Part shown: positions 18,345 to 27,776 of the stretch, piece by piece | How the letters are laid out: every line of letters starts with the position of its first letter | Position numbering within the stretch: position 1 is the stretch's first letter | Assembly (NCBI GenBank): GCA_046539845.1 | Contig: JBKHGE010000011.1 | Span: forward strand, 1-54,375 | Direction of reading: 5' to 3' | Source: Desulfonatronovibrionaceae bacterium | GTDB lineage: Bacteria > Desulfobacterota > Desulfovibrionia > Desulfovibrionales > Desulfonatronovibrionaceae | DNA: 54,375 nucleotides | Program-made: the position numbers and the translations under genes | Notes under the pieces: model-generated | The model's database searches: none | Seen by the model: only the letters and a program-made list of their open reading frames with translations | Told to the model about the DNA's origin: nothing

Positions 18345-18914
18345 TTACTCCGGGAAGTGTCCGTCGACGTCCTCTCCAAGCTCTTCCCTCCAGGGTTTTC
18401 TTTTCTCCAGGACCGCCAGCAAAAAAGCGATAACCGCTGCTGCGACCAGGGCAATGACCCAGAAGGGAGCCCCCAGGGCATGGGCCAGGCTTACCTTGCC
18501 CATGCTTGTGTTCACGGAGTTTAGGACCGGCTGCATGTAACCGTAGCCCATTGCCCCGAACACTGCGCCGATCAGGACAAACCAAGCATCCCTATACCCG
18601 GCGCCGATCTGGGCCATAACCGTTCCAGGGCAGGCCCCGGCCAGGGCCATGCCCATGCCGAACATCAAACCGCCCAAGATCACCGCCGGGAACACCGCCG
18701 GCTTAGGCCCGAGTTCAACCCCGGCAATGCCGTTTAAGACAGCCAGGACCACGAGGGTGGTGGCCGCAGCGCTCAAAAAGACCTTGGCCAGGAGGAAATT
18801 GCGTAGCTGAAACTGTCCGACCAGCACTCCAGGCTCGAATACGCGGCCCCTTTCCAGGGCGAACCCAAAGACAATGCCCATCAAAATACCGGTTATAATA
18901 TATGTCACCGCCAT
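18345..18914 (-). CDS. YeeE/YedE family sulfur-compound transporter (half-size component)
   Basis: GIVFGFALERG, GGLMFGMGMALAGACPGT motifs; multiple TM helices. Confidence 0.88.
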   Translation of the reverse strand: MAVTYIITGILMGIVFGFALERGRVFEPGVLVGQFQLRNFLLAKVFLSAAATTLVVLAVLNGIAGVELGPKPAVFPAVILGGLMFGMGMALAGACPGTVMAQIGAGYRDAWFVLIGAVFGAMGYGYMQPVLNSVNTSMGKVSLAHALGAPFWVIALVAAAVIAFLLAVLEKRKPWREELGEDVDGHFPE

Positions 18915-18923
18915 ATCATCCTC

Positions 18924-19439
18924 CTAAAGCCTGCGGTATAGATTGGCCACTGCCATCGCGCCGATGAACATGGTCACCACCACTATCAAGGATCCCACGG
19001 AGAGCTGACCGATCCCGGAAAGGCCGTGTCCGCTGGTACAGCCTCCGGCCCATCTGGCGCCGAAGAGCATAAAGAAGCCGCCTAGAAAGGCCATCGCCCC
19101 CCGGCGGCGGAACTCGGTAATCCCCACGGCCTTAGTCCAGGCCGGGGAGAAGCTCTTCCTGCGGCTCCCGGCCAGGCGCATGGAGATAAAAGCCCCCACT
19201 GCGATAAACAGGACCATCATCCCCTGCCACAGGTACTTGAGGCTGGTCATATATTTCTCAAAATAGGCACTCTCCAGGATGTTGCCGTCCACCAGCCCGG
19301 AAAAGTACCCGGCCAGGGAGACGTAGGAAGAGGATGCCCCCAAGGCGCTATGGATTATCAAAAAAGCCGGGACCTGCAGGAGTCCAATTATCACCCCGGC
19401 GACATACGGTGACCAGGCTTTTTCCCGCCAAACACTCAT
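18924..19439 (-). CDS. YeeE/YedE family sulfur-compound transporter (half-size component)
   Basis: WSPYVAGVIIG, LGASSSY, FGARWAGGCTSGHGLSG motifs. Confidence 0.9.
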   Translation of the reverse strand: MSVWREKAWSPYVAGVIIGLLQVPAFLIIHSALGASSSYVSLAGYFSGLVDGNILESAYFEKYMTSLKYLWQGMMVLFIAVGAFISMRLAGSRRKSFSPAWTKAVGITEFRRRGAMAFLGGFFMLFGARWAGGCTSGHGLSGIGQLSVGSLIVVVTMFIGAMAVANLYRRL

Positions 19440-19477
19440 CTTCGCCTCCCTGTTTTCTTATCAGTTGCAATAAAAGG

Positions 19478-19912
19478 CTATTTTCCCCGGCGCAAAATCA
19501 AAACCGGGCACTCAGCGGTGCGCAGGACCCGCTCGGCCACAGAGCCGATAACCATGTGCTCAAAGCCCTTGCGGCCGTGCGATGGCATGATAATTAGCTC
19601 GGCCCCGATGCCCTTGGCATATTTGACTATCTTGGATCCCGGCTCCCCGAGCAGGGTCTCTACATGGATATTTTGATACTTAGGCTCCCCTAGGGCCTCG
19701 CGCAAGGCCTTTTTGCTCTCCTCCACCCTCTTGTTGTCGTCCATATTGCCCCATAGGACTGCAGGGTCATTGGGATTGAGTTCCCTGGACACATGCAGGA
19801 CATACAGCCCGGAGGGGTCGGAAACAAAATCAAGCCCTACATCTACCGCCTTCATGGACGCCTCGGAAAAATCTACCGGGACAAGCACCTTGTTCTTGGG
19901 ATACCAGGACAT
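19478..19912 (-). CDS. Universal stress protein (UspA family)
   Basis: VLVPVDFSEAS...IIMPSHGRKGFEHMVIGSVAERVLRTAECPVLIL. Confidence 0.93.
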   Translation of the reverse strand: MSWYPKNKVLVPVDFSEASMKAVDVGLDFVSDPSGLYVLHVSRELNPNDPAVLWGNMDDNKRVEESKKALREALGEPKYQNIHVETLLGEPGSKIVKYAKGIGAELIIMPSHGRKGFEHMVIGSVAERVLRTAECPVLILRRGK

Positions 19913-19937
19913 ACATACCCTCCTTGTTTTTTAGGGA

Positions 19938-19995
19938 TTGCAAGAACTTATTCTATTATTGTAAGCAGTAAACGACACTAGCACAAACTTGTCAA
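19938..19995 (-). promoter_or_regulatory. Sigma70-type promoter and candidate operator for usp-yeeE-yeeE
   Basis: Minus strand TTGACA (19995-19990), 17-bp spacer, TTTACT (19972-19967); imperfect dyad TTGCAAGAA-N9-TTATTGTAA at 19938-19964. Confidence 0.55.
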
Positions 19996-20075
19996 GGAGT
20001 TCTGAGCAAAAAACAGGTCCCTCCGGATAGGAAATCCTGCAAGTGGGGACATGGGGTGAAAGAGGCGGTTAAAGA

Positions 20076-21314
20076 CTAGATTTCCAGGGCGCGGAAGGTA
20101 TCCTCAAGCTCCTCGCGAACTTCCTGGGCCAGGATATCCAGGTCATCCAGGGCGAGTCCGCTGAGTTCCCAGGCATGTGTGTTCAAAATAGGCAAAACAA
20201 GAGAGCCCTTTTCCACGAACTGCATGCCTATGACCAAAAAGTCCGCCAGATGGATTATTGCCGCGGCCCGGCTGGTAAAAGATTTGTTGCTGTGGTGCAT
20301 GTATAAGAGTTCCTCCAGATATCTGGGGAGACGCCAGGCCCGGACCAGCATAGCCCCGACAGTGGAATGCTCGAACCCGATCACATCCCTTTCCGCTTCC
20401 ACCAGGGGCAAAAGATTGTAATAGGAATAGCGGATGGCCTCCGTGGAAGCCACGGGCAGCTTCTTGAAAATGACCAGCCGGCCCATGTCGTGGAGCATCC
20501 CGGCGACAAAGAATTTTTCCAGGGCCTTGGTGTTGAGCCTCTGGGCAATCTTTTTGGCCAAAATGCCCACTGCCAGGGAGTGCATCCAGAAGGAGCGCAT
20601 ATCCACGAGTTCTTCGGGGATATCCTTGAACGCGTTGACCGCGCTTATGCCCAAAGCCAGAGAAGAGAGTTCCTGGGCCCCGATCAGGGTAACCGCCCTG
20701 GATATGGACCCGATTCTTTCCCGGAGGCCGTAAAAGGGGCTGTTCACCAGGCGCAGAAGCTTGGCCGAGAGGCTGGTATCCTTGCTCACCACCTCGGCGA
20801 TTTTGTCCGCGCTGGCGTTTTTCTGGTCTATGGCCTCCCGGATGCGGAAATATATGTCCGGGAAGGAAACCAGCTCTACCTCGTGGCGGACGATATCTGT
20901 CGGTCCTCCCCCCCCTTTGACAAACATATCAGCGAAGCTGCCGTCATTGACCGGGACAAAAGGGTCGGTCTTGCTTATCTTCCAGCCGGACGCGGCCTTG
21001 CGGGCCAGATTGGCCAGCCCGATGTCGTACACCCTGCGGATGACCGGATCGTTTATATCGTTGCAGGCAAAACAGGGATTCAGATATCCCTCCAGCTCAG
21101 CCAGGGTGCGGGAGGAAATATTCTCATAAGCAATCACGTTCGGGTCGATCTCTCCGCGGATATTGACCCTGGAAACCCCCCAGCGCTGCAAAAAAAGGAT
21201 ATGCCTTTCCTGCAGCTCAGTGCCTGCGGAGAGGATAAGTCTGCCCCCGGGCGTGGTCACGTCGCTGTCCACAACCATTCCCGGGCTGAGTTCCTTTATG
21301 TCCAGCATCCCCAT
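20076..21314 (-). CDS. HDOD domain-containing signalling protein
   Basis: Likely start MGMLDIKELSPGM (21314), 2 bp after the GH57 stop; SFPDIY, KDTSLSAKLLRLVNSPFYG, FWMHSL, AGMLHDMGRL, WRLP. Confidence 0.9.
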   Translation of the reverse strand: MGMLDIKELSPGMVVDSDVTTPGGRLILSAGTELQERHILFLQRWGVSRVNIRGEIDPNVIAYENISSRTLAELEGYLNPCFACNDINDPVIRRVYDIGLANLARKAASGWKISKTDPFVPVNDGSFADMFVKGGGGPTDIVRHEVELVSFPDIYFRIREAIDQKNASADKIAEVVSKDTSLSAKLLRLVNSPFYGLRERIGSISRAVTLIGAQELSSLALGISAVNAFKDIPEELVDMRSFWMHSLAVGILAKKIAQRLNTKALEKFFVAGMLHDMGRLVIFKKLPVASTEAIRYSYYNLLPLVEAERDVIGFEHSTVGAMLVRAWRLPRYLEELLYMHHSNKSFTSRAAAIIHLADFLVIGMQFVEKGSLVLPILNTHAWELSGLALDDLDILAQEVREELEDTFRALEI

Positions 21315-21316
21315 AA

Positions 21317-23488
21317 TCAACCGACTCCTGCAGCCGCGGAAAGACCAGCCATACGCAACAATTCGTCCCCGTATTCTCCAGGCGCGGACCAAAGAAGGTT
21401 CTGTATCTCGAACATATCCGGATAAACCTCGATCTCTCTGGCCCTGGACAGGATCACACACAGATCCTCCCCATGGGACCCGGCGCCAAGCCTCTGCAGC
21501 AGATCTTTTTCCAGCTCTTTTTTGAAAATATCCTTTAAGAGAGGATTGCCGCGCACGGTGCGGACTGCCGGTTCCAGGGCCCGGATCGGTATCCGGCCGC
21601 CTTGCACCCAATGCCAAACCAGTCCCGGGGCCAAAGGCTGTAAAGAAGCGGGCAGATCTTCTTGCCCGGGTTCGGTGTAAATGCCGCTTGCGGAAAATTC
21701 CTCAGCCTGATGCAGCACAGCCGCCCACCACTCGGCCGCAGAAACAGACGCCAAATGGTTCTGGACAAAGGCCTTAAGCCGCGGGGCGAGACGGTCAAAT
21801 CGCAATCCTTTTGCGTCTCCTAGCAGGCCGAACCGGCCAAGTCCACCCCCAACAGATTCGATCTCAACCCTCTCCTGAAAGCCGGTCCTCTTCCAGGTTA
21901 CCTCGAAAACAACCGTCCCTGGGCCATCACCCGGACCAGAGCTAAAGTCCACCCCCGGGAATAACCTCCCCCCGTCCCGGACTCCGAGCACAGACGCGGC
22001 CAAAGCTGTGCCCAAGCTGTCCACAAGGCGGGGTTCGATCTCTTCGGTCCATATCCTGCAGCCGTTTCCGGCCTCCTTCCGATTGGAGTCCGCATCCTCC
22101 ATCAGCTCCAAGAACCCCTCCCGGACATCCGGACCGCCTGCGGCCCGCAAAAGCTGCATCCCCCTGAGCGCACTGGCCAGCGCATTCATCGGTTCCAGGC
22201 GGTAAAGGTCGTCAAAAAACCAAGCGCAGCTGGCAAAAGAGGCCAGACAATGCCTCTGCATCTCCAGAAGAGACCAATACCGGACATTTTCCGGGTCTCT
22301 TGGGTCCGAAAGGAACCACCTGGCGGCAAACTCCTCTCTGCTTTGCAGGCCGGACAAAACCCGACCGTATTCCATAAGCGCATCCCGGCCGCTAGCAAAC
22401 GCCTGGGTGCGGCTGAAATGCTCATCCGCGTAGTACTTCAAATAATTCAGGGCCCGGCGCAAAGGCTTTCTCCAGTGCTGCTTCCATCCCGGGTGCCCTC
22501 CGTCCGCACAGCCGCAATGTTCCTGCCATCTTGCCAGCCCGTGGACGCAGCTCCAGGAGGAATCCTCCCTTATCCGCACCCGGTATTCCGGGGGAAATTC
22601 CTCCAGGAGCTGGCCCGCATTCTTCAAAATCGGCCCAGAAGCGCCCTCAGCTGCCCTATTCAACGCATAGGCCAAGGCCATCTCTCCGAACTTGAAATGG
22701 TGCCCGTAAGACTCCCCGTCCGTGGCCACCACGGTCATTTTTCCTTCCGACTCTTGAGCGAGCCTTTGCCACAACTTCTCCCCATCCGCCAGGAGGCCTT
22801 CAAAAGCAATCGCAGTGGCCAGGCCGGGGTGGAAAAAAAACACACTCATGGTCCTGCCTGAAGGCAGAGGGACTTCATAGGGCCGGTGAACGTTCAAATC
22901 GGCCGGATTCACTGCCTGCCAGTCCGAATCGCCCTTGGGGGCTACCGCCTCGGCCTGGGCCGAGGCCAGTATGGTGAATTTTATCCCCTCGGCCGCCAGG
23001 TCCTCGAGGGTGGGGGTATTCACCGCGGTCTCGGCCAGCCACATCCCTTCCGGTCTGCGCCCGAACCGGGACAAAAAATCGTATATGCTCCAGCGGATCT
23101 CCATGCGCCTTTCCACCGGAGAGTCAAGAGGCAGTATGGTATGGTGATAGACTTGGGCCATGGCGTTGCCGTGGCCGTTTCGCTTCAGGCTTGCCCGGTC
23201 CGCCTGCAGGATTCGGTCGTAAGTGCGGGGAAGATGGCGCTCCATCCAGGACAAAATGGTTGGTCCGAAATTGAAGTTAATCCATTCATAGCAGTTTATG
23301 ATCTTTTGTATGCCGCCCTCATTGTCTAGGATACGGGCAAAGGCCAAGGGCGAATAACATTCCCGGGATATTCTTTCGTTCCAATCGGAAAAAGGAGCGG
23401 CGCTCGCTTCAGGCAGGACCTCTTCCAACCAAGGGTCCTGGCGGGGGGGCTGATAAAAATGTCCGTGGATACATATAGAACCACTCAT
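21317..23488 (-). CDS. Glycoside hydrolase family 57 protein (DUF3536-type)
   Basis: IHGHFYQPPR, FNFGPT, QVYHHTILPL, GMWLAETAV, ATDGESYGHH, SWSCVHG, FASCAWFFDD. Confidence 0.9.
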   Translation of the reverse strand: MSGSICIHGHFYQPPRQDPWLEEVLPEASAAPFSDWNERISRECYSPLAFARILDNEGGIQKIINCYEWINFNFGPTILSWMERHLPRTYDRILQADRASLKRNGHGNAMAQVYHHTILPLDSPVERRMEIRWSIYDFLSRFGRRPEGMWLAETAVNTPTLEDLAAEGIKFTILASAQAEAVAPKGDSDWQAVNPADLNVHRPYEVPLPSGRTMSVFFFHPGLATAIAFEGLLADGEKLWQRLAQESEGKMTVVATDGESYGHHFKFGEMALAYALNRAAEGASGPILKNAGQLLEEFPPEYRVRIREDSSWSCVHGLARWQEHCGCADGGHPGWKQHWRKPLRRALNYLKYYADEHFSRTQAFASGRDALMEYGRVLSGLQSREEFAARWFLSDPRDPENVRYWSLLEMQRHCLASFASCAWFFDDLYRLEPMNALASALRGMQLLRAAGGPDVREGFLELMEDADSNRKEAGNGCRIWTEEIEPRLVDSLGTALAASVLGVRDGGRLFPGVDFSSGPGDGPGTVVFEVTWKRTGFQERVEIESVGGGLGRFGLLGDAKGLRFDRLAPRLKAFVQNHLASVSAAEWWAAVLHQAEEFSASGIYTEPGQEDLPASLQPLAPGLVWHWVQGGRIPIRALEPAVRTVRGNPLLKDIFKKELEKDLLQRLGAGSHGEDLCVILSRAREIEVYPDMFEIQNLLWSAPGEYGDELLRMAGLSAAAGVG

Positions 23489-23549
23489 GATCCGACTCCG
23501 GTCAGCGGCCGTGCAAAGGGGCTGTGGCCGTTATATGGATATAGAATTA

Positions 23550-23577
23550 TTGACACACAGTACAAACTACCCATAAT
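23550..23577 (+). promoter_or_regulatory. Sigma70-type promoter upstream of rdgC
   Basis: TTGACA (23550-23555), 16-bp spacer, CATAAT (23572-23577). Confidence 0.5.
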
Positions 23578-23692
23578 CAAGTCCGGTCTCAAGCCCAAAC
23601 TTGCCTAAATTTGGATACCAAGGCAATATATCCGGGAATGGTTTGTCAGGAGGCAATCCTGGATAAATAAATCCTACTAAGGAGGGTATATA

Positions 23693-24310
23693 TTGGGTTT
23701 TTTAAGCGCCAGTATCGCCTACACCAGATACAGGATAATGGACGAAGTCCCGGAAACGCTTTGGTCCGAGATTACGGACAGGCTGAAGAAAAAAGGCTTC
23801 CGGGAGATCGAAAACACCGCCCAGGAGCGCGGATTCGGGTGGGTCTGCTTCGACGAGATGCTGGACAGCGAATGGGTCACCGCCCCCCCGCAGAAGGCGG
23901 ATTTTTTGGCCTTCGGGCTCAGGCTGGACACTAGACGGCTCCCGGCAGCGGTTCTGAACAAACATTTTAAAATCGCCCTTAAAGAGAAAATGAAACAGTT
24001 CGCTGAACAGGGGACGAACTTTATCACCCGAAACCAGAAAAAAGAACTCCGGGACCAGATCAAGGCCAAACTCATGACCCGGACCATGCCCATCCCAGCG
24101 GTGTTTGACGTGGTTTGGGACACCCGGGAGGGTCTGGTCTTCCTGGCCTCCAACCGGGAAAAAATACGCGAGCTCTTCACCGACCTTTTTTTGCAGACCT
24201 TTGAGCTCCATCTGGAACCCTTGACTCCGTATTTTACGGCTCAAAGGATGCTGCCCCCCCGACAGGCGGAGATGCTGGACGACTTGGAGCCAACCGGGTT
24301 CGGGGCTTAG
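23693..24310 (+). CDS. rdgC: RdgC-family recombination-associated protein (short form)
   Basis: TTG start after AAGGAGG; TRYRI, ERGFGWV, LRLDTRRLPAAVL, KKELRDQIKAKL, FLQTFELHL pattern. Confidence 0.8.
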   Translation: MGFLSASIAYTRYRIMDEVPETLWSEITDRLKKKGFREIENTAQERGFGWVCFDEMLDSEWVTAPPQKADFLAFGLRLDTRRLPAAVLNKHFKIALKEKMKQFAEQGTNFITRNQKKELRDQIKAKLMTRTMPIPAVFDVVWDTREGLVFLASNREKIRELFTDLFLQTFELHLEPLTPYFTAQRMLPPRQAEMLDDLEPTGFGA

Positions 24311-24313
24311 ATC

Positions 24314-25117
24314 ATGGGCCTGGAGGAGAAAATAAAGGATATTTTTTTGAACAAAAAGGACCCGGCTGAACATTCCTTTTCCCGGGATTTCGATATTGTG
24401 GAGATGCCCCTGGAAGGGGTCATCGCCTATTGGCTGTCTTTAAAAAAGATACTTTCCGGGAAGAGGACCAAAGACATCCTGCAAAAGGAACAGGACCGGA
24501 CCACAGAGCCGTTTATCCGCCATCTCCTCGGTCTGCTTGATTCCGGCCTGGAGACCAAGGAGATCTCCAAATTCGGACGGATAAAGAAACAGACCCTGCT
24601 TAAGGATCTGCAGCGCAAGCTGGATCTTATGGCCATCTCCCTTCTGGGCATGGCCACGAATGAGAACCCGCAGATGGTCCTCATCCGCATCATCTCCAAA
24701 TTCCCGATTTCCCCCATCTATGAAAAAAAGGTCTTTGAGGCCGCCCAGAATATAATCCGCACCGCGGAGCAAAAGGAAGCGGACATGGACCGCTTTTTTA
24801 ACGTGGACCACCGCCTGCGCCTGGAAAGACTGATCATCAATCTCATTGTCTACAATATGCTGGAGAGGAGAAAAGGTACCCAGGCCCTTTCCGATTACAT
24901 GGGATATCTGCGCTCCTTTTACTATGCAGAAGGCCTGTCCCTTTTGATCGACGGCTTTGAGTACGACTTCATCAAGCACCGCCTCAATCTGCAAAAAAAC
25001 GAAATTGTAGAGCTTACCGCGACCAAGATGAATCTGTCTTTAAATCTTTGCGCCGCCCTGCACAGCGGACGCAGTTATGCAGACATGCAGAAGATGGCTG
25101 CTTCATACAACCTTTGA
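24314..25117 (+). CDS. Hypothetical soluble protein with tandem MotA-cytoplasmic-domain-like repeats
   Basis: Starts 3 bp after rdgC; internal duplication; RRKG..AL...EGLSLLIDG and ENPQMV motifs; no TM helix. Confidence 0.75.
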   Translation: MGLEEKIKDIFLNKKDPAEHSFSRDFDIVEMPLEGVIAYWLSLKKILSGKRTKDILQKEQDRTTEPFIRHLLGLLDSGLETKEISKFGRIKKQTLLKDLQRKLDLMAISLLGMATNENPQMVLIRIISKFPISPIYEKKVFEAAQNIIRTAEQKEADMDRFFNVDHRLRLERLIINLIVYNMLERRKGTQALSDYMGYLRSFYYAEGLSLLIDGFEYDFIKHRLNLQKNEIVELTATKMNLSLNLCAALHSGRSYADMQKMAASYNL

Positions 25118-25331
25118 GCGCAACAGGGCCCGAAAATTTTTATCTGTTCTTTTAACTATTTACCACCTTAAAATTTATTCGAATCCTAACCTACATTTGC
25201 TGCAGGTCGCCCGATTTCTTGCACTCCAAAAAGTCGAAACCGAGCTACTCATAAAAACGGACCATCTTCCCGCCCTTGGAATTCGTCTTGAGTTCAGTTA
25301 TTTTCCCTCTTCAACAAGGGAGGGAACTTAA

Positions 25332-25712
25332 ATGCGTTTTTGTACGGCAATCAATTGCATGGACGGCCGGGTACAACTCCCGGTAATCGAGTATCTAGGA
25401 CGCCGCTTCCGGGCCGATTACGTAGATATGATAACCGAACCCGGCCCGTGCCTTATCCTGGCCGGACAATCCCCGGCCGGGACTTTGGACTCCATACTCG
25501 CAAGAGTAAACATCTCCGTGGACAGGCACGCTTCTGTAGGACTGGCCGTGGCCGGGCACTTTGACTGCGCCGGCAACCCGGAGACCGAAAAAGTGCAAAC
25601 AGAACAGATACGGCAAGCGGTCCGCTTTCTGCGCACCAGGTACAGCCATTTACAAATAATCGGCTTATGGGTAGGGCAGGGCTGGCAGGCGGAAGAAATC
25701 GTTGTCTCCTGA
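25332..25712 (+). CDS. Small beta-class-like carbonic anhydrase
   Basis: CMDGR (CxDxR) and HFDC (HxxC) zinc-ligand motifs in 126 aa. Confidence 0.8.
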   Translation: MRFCTAINCMDGRVQLPVIEYLGRRFRADYVDMITEPGPCLILAGQSPAGTLDSILARVNISVDRHASVGLAVAGHFDCAGNPETEKVQTEQIRQAVRFLRTRYSHLQIIGLWVGQGWQAEEIVVS

Positions 25713-25772
25713 ACAAGTCCACCCCGACATTGGATCAATCCATTTGCAAGCAGTTACAAAACCCGGACAGCT

Positions 25773-26324
25773 ATGAAAAGTATCTGCGTTTACTGCGGCT
25801 CCAGCCCCGGGGCACGGCCGGATTATATCGAAGCCGCGCGAGAGCTGGGCAAAGAAATGGGCCGGCGAGACATCGGCCTTGTTTACGGCGGGGCGAGTAT
25901 CGGGGTGATGGGGGCCATTGCCGACTCCGTGCTCGAATCCGGCGGGACGGTCACCGGAGTCATCCCCCGGGCCTTGATGGACAAGGAGATCTCGCACGGG
26001 GGGCTGACCCGGCTCAAGCTTGTGGAGACCATGCACGAGAGAAAAATGGCCATGGCCAAGGCAGCGGACGGGTTCATCGCCCTTCCTGGAGGATTAGGGA
26101 CTATAGAGGAGCTCTTCGAGATTTTGACCTGGTCCCAGCTCCGGTTGCACCAAAAACCGTGCGCAGTCATGGAGGTAAGCGGATATTTTCAATACCTGCT
26201 GCGGTTCTTAAGGCATGCAGAAGAAGAGGAATTTGTGAAGCCTGCCCACCGGGGGATGCTTATCACCGGCAACGACCCCGCCGAGGTCCTGAACAAGATG
26301 GCCGACTACACTCCGTCTTACTGA
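25773..26324 (+). CDS. LOG family nucleotide phosphoribohydrolase
   Basis: ICVYCGSS, LVYGG, MHERK, PGGLGTIEE (PGGxGTxxE). Confidence 0.93.
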   Translation: MKSICVYCGSSPGARPDYIEAARELGKEMGRRDIGLVYGGASIGVMGAIADSVLESGGTVTGVIPRALMDKEISHGGLTRLKLVETMHERKMAMAKAADGFIALPGGLGTIEELFEILTWSQLRLHQKPCAVMEVSGYFQYLLRFLRHAEEEEFVKPAHRGMLITGNDPAEVLNKMADYTPSY

Positions 26325-26450
26325 AAAAACCTGCTCGGGCAACACGCCAGACACGATTAAACAATTGCTACCAATATTTGCATGTACATAACTAAAGACA
26401 ATTCCGGTGCATAAAATCACTTCGGATGGAGAATTGGGCAAGTTAAACAC

Positions 26451-27776
26451 TTAGACAAAAAAGGCATATCTGATCAGAAGGAGCGCGGAGCAGGCGTGGA
26501 TAATGGGGCTGGTCCGCCGGAAGCGGCCGTTGAATAATGACAGCAGGCTGTAGGAAATAAACCCGAAGGCAATGCCGTCGGTAATGCTTACACTGAGCTG
26601 CATTACCACAATGGTCAAAAAGGCGGGGACCGCATCCGAATAGTCTTTCCAGTTCACCCGACTGACAGCCTTCATCATCATAATCCCGATTACTATAAGG
26701 GCCGGAGCGGTCACCGGATAAAGGGTGAGCTTTTCCGAGACCGCCACCCCTCCCCCGACTGTTTTCACCAGCGGATAAAAAAACGGGGTAATCAAAAGCA
26801 GCGCCCCTGTTGTTAGTGCGGCAAGCCCAGTTCTCGCTCCGGCCAAAATTCCGGCGGAACTTTCCACATAACAGGCAATGGTCGAGGTCCCCATGCAGGA
26901 ACCGACAATGGTCCCGGAGGCGTCAGCGAGAAAGGCGTTTTTGTTTATGTCTATCTTTCCGTTGCGCATCAAACCGGCCTCCGGGGCGATACCGATCAAA
27001 GTACCCATGGTATCAAAGACTTCCAGAAACAAAAATATCCCAACAACTATAAGTAAATCCGCATTCAGCAATCCGCTCAGATCCAGGTGCATAAATGTGG
27101 GCAGCACTGAAGGGGGCATGGAAAGCAAACCGTGATACTCCACTATACCGGCCGCAAGCCCCATGCCGGCGGTAGCCAGAACTCCCAAAAGAATGGCCGA
27201 CCGGAAGCCTTGGACCAACAGGACGCAAATGATCGCCAGGCCGCCCAGAGCGAGTAGGACCGGCCCCGAAGTGAGGTCCCCGAGTCCCACATAGGTTCCG
27301 GGCTTGCTGACTATGATGCCTCCCCATTTAAAGCCCACAAAAGAGATCAAAAGACCGATGCCGCAACCGATCGCACCAGCCAGGGACGCGGGAATGGAGT
27401 CGATCAGTTTTTGTCTTAGATTGGTCAGGGAAAGCGCGAAGAAGATAAGCCCGGCCGCCAGTACGGCTCCGAGCGCCTGTTGCCAGGCGATGCCCAAACC
27501 CAGGACAACCGCGTAGGTAAAATAGAAGTTGTGCCCCATGGCCGGAGCCAAGGCTATGGGGTAATTAGCAAAAAGGCCCATTATCAGACAAGCCAGAGCC
27601 GAACTCATACAGGTAGCGGTGAGAACGGCTCCGAAGTCCATCCCGGCCGCGGACAGAATCACGGGCTGGACAAACGCTATATAGACAAGCCCCAGATAGG
27701 TGGTGGTCCCGCCCAGCACCTCGGTGCCAACAGAGCTTTTTCTCTCTTTAATCTTGAAGAAAGAATCCAGACCCAA
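26451..27776 (-). CDS. NCS2/AzgA family purine permease
   Basis: TEVLGGTTT, ANYPIALAPAMGHNFYF, FDTMGTL, YVESSAGILAGARTGL, ITDGIAFGFISY; TTG start after GGAG. Confidence 0.92.
   Translation of the reverse strand: MGLDSFFKIKERKSSVGTEVLGGTTTYLGLVYIAFVQPVILSAAGMDFGAVLTATCMSSALACLIMGLFANYPIALAPAMGHNFYFTYAVVLGLGIAWQQALGAVLAAGLIFFALSLTNLRQKLIDSIPASLAGAIGCGIGLLISFVGFKWGGIIVSKPGTYVGLGDLTSGPVLLALGGLAIICVLLVQGFRSAILLGVLATAGMGLAAGIVEYHGLLSMPPSVLPTFMHLDLSGLLNADLLIVVGIFLFLEVFDTMGTLIGIAPEAGLMRNGKIDINKNAFLADASGTIVGSCMGTSTIACYVESSAGILAGARTGLAALTTGALLLITPFFYPLVKTVGGGVAVSEKLTLYPVTAPALIVIGIMMMKAVSRVNWKDYSDAVPAFLTIVVMQLSVSITDGIAFGFISYSLLSLFNGRFRRTSPIIHACSALLLIRYAFFV

Noticed and set aside
21315..21617. Long N-terminal extensions in the ORF track (HDOD here; also mutM from 40894, serS from 50649, lipoprotein from 14393)
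   Set aside because: They overlap neighbouring genes or lack an RBS; family N-termini indicate the shorter starts reported.
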